Below are positions 59,541 to 64,000 of a DNA stretch of 64,000 bases, piece after piece. Source of the stretch: a virus; the IMG/VR virus record IMGVR_UViG_3300025005_000002, positions 32,001-96,000 of that record, one strand, 5' to 3'. How positions within the stretch are numbered: the stretch's first letter is position 1; each line of letters begins with the position of its first letter. Made by a program: the position numbers and the translations under genes. Under the pieces are notes generated by a model. It was not told the origin of the DNA, made no database searches, and saw only the letters and a list, made by a program, of their open reading frames with translations.

Positions 59541-59555
59541 TAACTGGGAGGATAT

Positions 59556-60797
59556 ATGGCAGTGACTGATTCTAGCGAGATGATGAGTGCAGCTAAAATA
59601 CAGTTGCTCAGAGATCATCCATTCTGGGCAACTATCCTTTTGTCTCTACCGGTTGTAGAAACGGAAAGTGTACCTATTATGGGAACTGATGGATATAATC
59701 TGTATTGGAATACAGACGGGGTAAAGTTATTGGGATCTATTGAGAACATTAAATTTGCATTGTGTCACGAAATTGTACACGTTATTATGGACCATATGCA
59801 ACGTGGTGTAAATAAAGATAAGAGATTATTCAATATCGCAGCTGATATTGTAGATAACCATCTCCTTGAGAGAAATAGTATAGCGTTTAATCAAAGAGAT
59901 ACAGAGATTTCATTGTGGAACGCGGCTGCATTAGCAAAAATCCAGTCTATGAAGGATATAAAACTTGATGAAGTAGTTGCTGAGGAAATATATAGGATTT
60001 TATTAGAAAAAGCAAAGAAAGTGAAATGTAATTGTAATAGTGGTGGTAGTGGTGGTGATAGGGATGGAAATGGTAGTAATGGTGAGAATGAAGATTGCCC
60101 TGTTCATGGTGATCCATCGGGGTTTGATACACATGTGCAAAGACCACGGGAAGATCACGAAAATACAAAAGTAAAACATGCCATCGTTAAGGCTGCGCAG
60201 ACAGCACAAGCATCTGGACAAGGTAAACTCCCTGCTGGTCTTGATCGATTAATTAAGGATATTCTTGAACCACAAGTAGATTGGTGGGTGAAGCTTAAGA
60301 ATCTCATGGAGTCTAAGTGTCGTGGATATCAACGCACAAGATTATACCCATCTAAAAAATCCCATGCTCTTGGGTTTTTTATGCCATCATCTTATGGAAC
60401 ACAGGTTGGGGATATTGTTGCGGCAATTGATACTAGTGGATCAATTGGGGATGAAACTTTACGTAGATTTCTTGCCGAATTGATGAGTATGTCACATCTA
60501 TCTAAACGTACATATATTATGACATGTGATGCTGATGTCCATGAATTTATTGAGGCCAATTCATTGAACGTGTGGCAGATCCCAAGTAGACTTAGGTTTA
60601 AAGGAGGCGGTGGTACTGATTTTAGACCAATATTTAAGCGTGTAGCAAAGGAACGGATTAAGCCAAAGGTATTGGTATATCTTACTGATACCTATGGGAC
60701 CTTTCCAACCAAGAAGCCAGATTATCCAGTATTGTGGGTAGTCGTGGGTGGATCGAAGGCAGTACCATGGGGGGAACTTATCCCCATTAAGGGATAA
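59556..60797 (+). CDS. DUF2201-type metallopeptidase-like plus VWA domain protein (MoxR partner)
   Basis: MGTDG, CHEIVH (HExxH), IDTSGSI (MIDAS), GGGTDF, YLTDTYG. Confidence 0.88.
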   Translation: MAVTDSSEMMSAAKIQLLRDHPFWATILLSLPVVETESVPIMGTDGYNLYWNTDGVKLLGSIENIKFALCHEIVHVIMDHMQRGVNKDKRLFNIAADIVDNHLLERNSIAFNQRDTEISLWNAAALAKIQSMKDIKLDEVVAEEIYRILLEKAKKVKCNCNSGGSGGDRDGNGSNGENEDCPVHGDPSGFDTHVQRPREDHENTKVKHAIVKAAQTAQASGQGKLPAGLDRLIKDILEPQVDWWVKLKNLMESKCRGYQRTRLYPSKKSHALGFFMPSSYGTQVGDIVAAIDTSGSIGDETLRRFLAELMSMSHLSKRTYIMTCDADVHEFIEANSLNVWQIPSRLRFKGGGGTDFRPIFKRVAKERIKPKVLVYLTDTYGTFPTKKPDYPVLWVVVGGSKAVPWGELIPIKG

Positions 60798-60799
60798 AC

Positions 60800-61135
60800 A
60801 TGGGGCAGAATAACTATGCGGTTTATATGTTAGCTGGTGAGCCAAATGTATTTGTGTATACATCAACTAAGCGTCAAAATACCTTGGCACTTTTAGAGGA
60901 TTTAGGGTTTAAACATCAATATACTGCATATACTTATGGGTGGTCATGTACGGCTGGATGCCTATATAGTGTACCACAATATTTTAATATGTCGGATACA
61001 GCAAAAAGTAGAATGGTAAGGTTGGTCAGAATTAATAATGGTACAGATATTAAAATAAGAGAAATTTATAAGGCGATTATGGATACCAAAGTAAAGGTTG
61101 GGAATAGGTGGTGGGAATACTATATCCATGAATAA
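60800..61135 (+). CDS. Hypothetical protein (LxxLGF family)
   Basis: LLEDLGFK..RINNGTD. Confidence 0.55.
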   Translation: MGQNNYAVYMLAGEPNVFVYTSTKRQNTLALLEDLGFKHQYTAYTYGWSCTAGCLYSVPQYFNMSDTAKSRMVRLVRINNGTDIKIREIYKAIMDTKVKVGNRWWEYYIHE

Positions 61136-61146
61136 GAAAATGGAGG

Positions 61147-61803
61147 GTGTATATGCTGAAAGTGTGGTTAGGTAAGGATGGTGGGAGTATCATAGTATCA
61201 AAATCAGACCCACAACACGAGATGATGAATGCATTGGGGTTTAAATTTGTTACTGGGTTTAAATATGGTAGTATGGATCGTCTTGAACCTGGTGATTTTA
61301 TTATCTATAGGGCAGCAGATTATTTGGGTAATGATTCTATTTACCGATGTATGCGCATAAATGACAATACAGATACTAAATATATTGCCCTTAGAAAAGA
61401 CAAGTATTTTCGTTCTAAGGTTAGACAGCAGAATAAAATTATTTTGTCTATGAATGAGGTAATATCTGTTTCAACAGAGGATAGGGGATTATTGGCTTGT
61501 GCAGCGTGTAAACGCATATTTAGACTTGGGAATTTTAATCAGTATTTGCCAACAATTATTATTGACGATGCACCAACTGGAGCAAAATTGGAATGGGAAT
61601 ATAAAAATATAGCGTGTTGCGATAAGCATTACGCTATTGGAACTGATCCACATAATAAGGGTAATTGGCTTGCATTTTGTGTTGATAATCAAGTATTTAA
61701 ATGGGGATATAAGCCAGGAGAAGCAGCCAATGATAACGAGAAATTGATAGTTGGTTATCTTGTTGGGAGAAAGGAGGCTAAAAAAGTCAGGAGAGAAAAA
61801 TGA
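61147..61803 (+). CDS. Hypothetical protein (LxxLGF family)
   Basis: MMNALGFK..RINDNTD; RBS GGAGGG. Confidence 0.6.
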   Translation: MYMLKVWLGKDGGSIIVSKSDPQHEMMNALGFKFVTGFKYGSMDRLEPGDFIIYRAADYLGNDSIYRCMRINDNTDTKYIALRKDKYFRSKVRQQNKIILSMNEVISVSTEDRGLLACAACKRIFRLGNFNQYLPTIIIDDAPTGAKLEWEYKNIACCDKHYAIGTDPHNKGNWLAFCVDNQVFKWGYKPGEAANDNEKLIVGYLVGRKEAKKVRREK

Positions 61804-62479
61804 AGATTTGTATTAAATGTGGGGCCAATAAGCCCGAAGATAGGTTTTATAAAAGGAAAAATAGCAAAGACGGATTACGTTCTGAATGCAAAGATTGTAG
61901 ATCAAAATCTGATAACCGGCGATATTTGTCTAGGAGGGATATAGTATTAAAACAATCAAAACAACGGCACATAATTAACAAAGATAAGATATCAAAACAA
62001 CACAAACAACGGCATTTAGCTAGAAGGAGTGAGATATTAGAAAAGAAAAACAACGGTACCTATCCAATAAAAGTAAAGCAACAGAGTATAGTAAGCAACG
62101 GTATTTAGTTAAAAGGGCCGAAATATTGAAATACCAAAAACAATATCACAAAGACAAGCGTAATAATGATCCCGGATTTAAATTACTTACCAATCTAAGA
62201 ATTGGAATCTACCATGCCTTACAAAATAATCAAAAATCTGGCCATACTACGGACCTTCTTGGCTGTTCTATTGAATTTTTTAAACAGTATTTGGAGAGTC
62301 AATTTCAACCTGGTATGTCGTGGGACAACCAGGGCAAATGGCACATAGATCATATTATACCTTGTTCTTCTTTTAATTTATTGGTCCCCGACCAACAGAG
62401 GCTTTGCTTTAATTATCATAATCTTCAACCACTTTGGGCTAGGGACAATATGAGTAAAAGTAATAAAATTATAGTTTGA
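61800..62479 (+). pseudogene. HNH endonuclease split by a -1 frameshift near 62046-62050
   Basis: N-part CIKC..CKDC (61800..62108) joins the frame of LLGCS..MSWDN.G.WHIDHIIP..NLQPLWA.DN (to 62479) if one A is added in GAAAAGAAAAAC. Confidence 0.75.
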
Positions 62480-62494
62480 AGGGAGGGATGTAAG

Positions 62495-62878
62495 TTGGTA
62501 GAGATAAATGAAGTTCTTGATCCACACAAGTACAGGTGCATTAGATGTAAGGCCCCAGCAGATATAATTTTTAAAGGGATGTTGCCGTATTGTTTCCTAC
62601 ACGAACCGGCTGAATCAAAAGCCGCAAGACAACTCAAGGAGGGTGAAATGGACGAAAGTGCAAAAGTTAGTGGTACTACCACAGAGGCATCTGTACCGGT
62701 GACACTTACTCCTATAGTTCCGCAGACTGTTTCTATTGGTGGGGGGTGGGTGGTGAAGGCTAAGGATGGTTCGGAACTTCACAATGGGTTTGCTTCCAAG
62801 AAAGAGGCTTCCAAGTGGGCGTCATTGGAAGTAGAACACAATCGGTTGAAGGCTGGTCAATACAAAATTACAAAATAA
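62495..62878 (+). CDS. Hypothetical protein
   Basis: CIRC..CFLH; 127 aa. Confidence 0.55.
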   Translation: MVEINEVLDPHKYRCIRCKAPADIIFKGMLPYCFLHEPAESKAARQLKEGEMDESAKVSGTTTEASVPVTLTPIVPQTVSIGGGWVVKAKDGSELHNGFASKKEASKWASLEVEHNRLKAGQYKITK

Positions 62879-62895
62879 ATCAATTGGGGATAAGC

Positions 62896-63381
62896 ATGAA
62901 TACATACACACACAAAATGCGTATATTGTCTGCATTTAATAAGCAAGATCTTGAAATCCTTAAATCTCCTTGTACTGAAATTAATATATCTCCTGCTTTT
63001 AAGGTCCTCATACGTGATATGCACCATACTTTAAGGAAAAGTAAAATTGGGGTTGGGTTGGCGGCTTCACAAGTAGGTGTAAATAAGCGTATTTTTATTA
63101 TCCAATACTATGAAGAGCATATGACCGTTATTAATCCGATAATACTGGACCGTAACACCGATATAAGAATAGAAAGTGAAGGGTGTTTATCAATACCACG
63201 GATTAATATTTTAATACCAAGGAGTGAGAGTATTAAGGTAGCATACACCAGGATGGATGGTGTTAGATTACACGAAGTTGAACTTAGAGGATTTGTTGCT
63301 AGAATATTTCAACATGAATATGATCATTTGGAGGGGAAATTGATAGTTGATATCGCGCAAAAACTTGGCTGTAGTTTATGA
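62896..63381 (+). CDS. def: Peptide deformylase
   Basis: GVGLAASQVG, EGCLSIP and QHEYDHLEG; likely start ATG 62896. Confidence 0.93.
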   Translation: MNTYTHKMRILSAFNKQDLEILKSPCTEINISPAFKVLIRDMHHTLRKSKIGVGLAASQVGVNKRIFIIQYYEEHMTVINPIILDRNTDIRIESEGCLSIPRINILIPRSESIKVAYTRMDGVRLHEVELRGFVARIFQHEYDHLEGKLIVDIAQKLGCSL

Positions 63382-63869
63382 CTTGGAACGGTTCACCATA
63401 TGTATATAAAAAAGATGATATTATAATAATTTCTCCAAGAAATTCTGTACATATTTTAGATGCACTTGGCTTTGAGGTATTATTTGAATTTTGTGGTGCC
63501 ATGAAACATGTTAGGTCCCTAAATAAAAAGGTTATGTATTATAAGGATATTTTTGGTGATACCCGTATGGCTAGGCTTCAGCGGATTGCTATGGACTTAG
63601 ATGTACCTTTGCAGGAATATTTAAAGAAAAGAGAATTAGAGAAGAGAGCTAGAGCTAAACAATATCGCAAAAAAAGAGTGGTTGCTGTTCAGGGGTTAGT
63701 AGTTGAGGAGGATAAGAAGCAACATATTGTATGTCCGTATCCTAGGTGTGGTCGTAGGTATACTTGGTCTTACACAAATGGCCGTTGCCCACGATGGGAT
63801 AGTAATATTGAGCTTGAAAAAATGGAAGATGGTAAATATTTGATTAAAAAACTTGAGTTTATAAAGTAA
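63378..63869 (+). CDS. Hypothetical protein (LxxLGF family) with C-terminal Cys cluster
   Basis: ILDALGFE..RLQRI; CPYPRCG. Confidence 0.55.
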   Translation: MTWNGSPYVYKKDDIIIISPRNSVHILDALGFEVLFEFCGAMKHVRSLNKKVMYYKDIFGDTRMARLQRIAMDLDVPLQEYLKKRELEKRARAKQYRKKRVVAVQGLVVEEDKKQHIVCPYPRCGRRYTWSYTNGRCPRWDSNIELEKMEDGKYLIKKLEFIK

Positions 63870-64000
63870 TTTGATATGATATAAGATTATTTTATTGGGT
63901 GGCATTAGAATCATATCATACCAAGGGGTACCAAAATGACTAGAGAAGGCGAGATCACAATATTCCGCACAGTGTACGTAGAACGGTTTAAGACTAATTC

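Noticed and set aside
435-63914. Minus-strand ORFs in the supplied track
   Set aside because: Nearly all lie antisense to better-supported + strand genes, lack an RBS or motifs, and the longer ones fall in GC-rich patches where stops are scarce.

Overview
A 64-kb segment that looks like part of a large dsDNA bacteriophage genome. It is AT-rich with sharply bounded GC-rich patches, essentially all credible genes lie on the + strand, and no capsid, terminase or polymerase gene is recognisable. From left to right it holds: (1) a LigD-type phosphoesterase fused to an ATP-dependent DNA ligase; (2) a cluster of very basic Gly/Ala-rich proteins with an N-terminal Leu-x-Glu motif, possibly protease-matured head-internal proteins, plus a lytic transglycosylase; (3) arrays of 50-75 aa microproteins and a repeat-rich origin-like region at 14.2-15.3 kb; (4) a GC-rich island built from shuffled modules; (5) an EndoVII/HNH gene flanked by two copies of a roughly 190-nt structured non-coding element; (6) the standout locus at 28.8-34.9 kb, a co-oriented run of ARC/Mpa-type proteasomal ATPase with a MIB/HERC2-like insert and no HbYX tail, Pup-like protein, DUF1360-like membrane protein, two coiled-coil E2-like proteins, JAB protease, E1/ThiF, ubiquitin-like protein ending RGN and a methyltransferase, with a third E2-like paralog at 22.5 kb; (7) tRNA-Ile(UAU), tRNA-Leu(UAA) and further candidate structured RNAs; (8) adenosine deaminase, DeoC, an intein-containing MoxR ATPase with a VWA partner, a frameshifted HNH gene and a peptide deformylase. 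All family calls come from motif recognition by eye; no database search was run.
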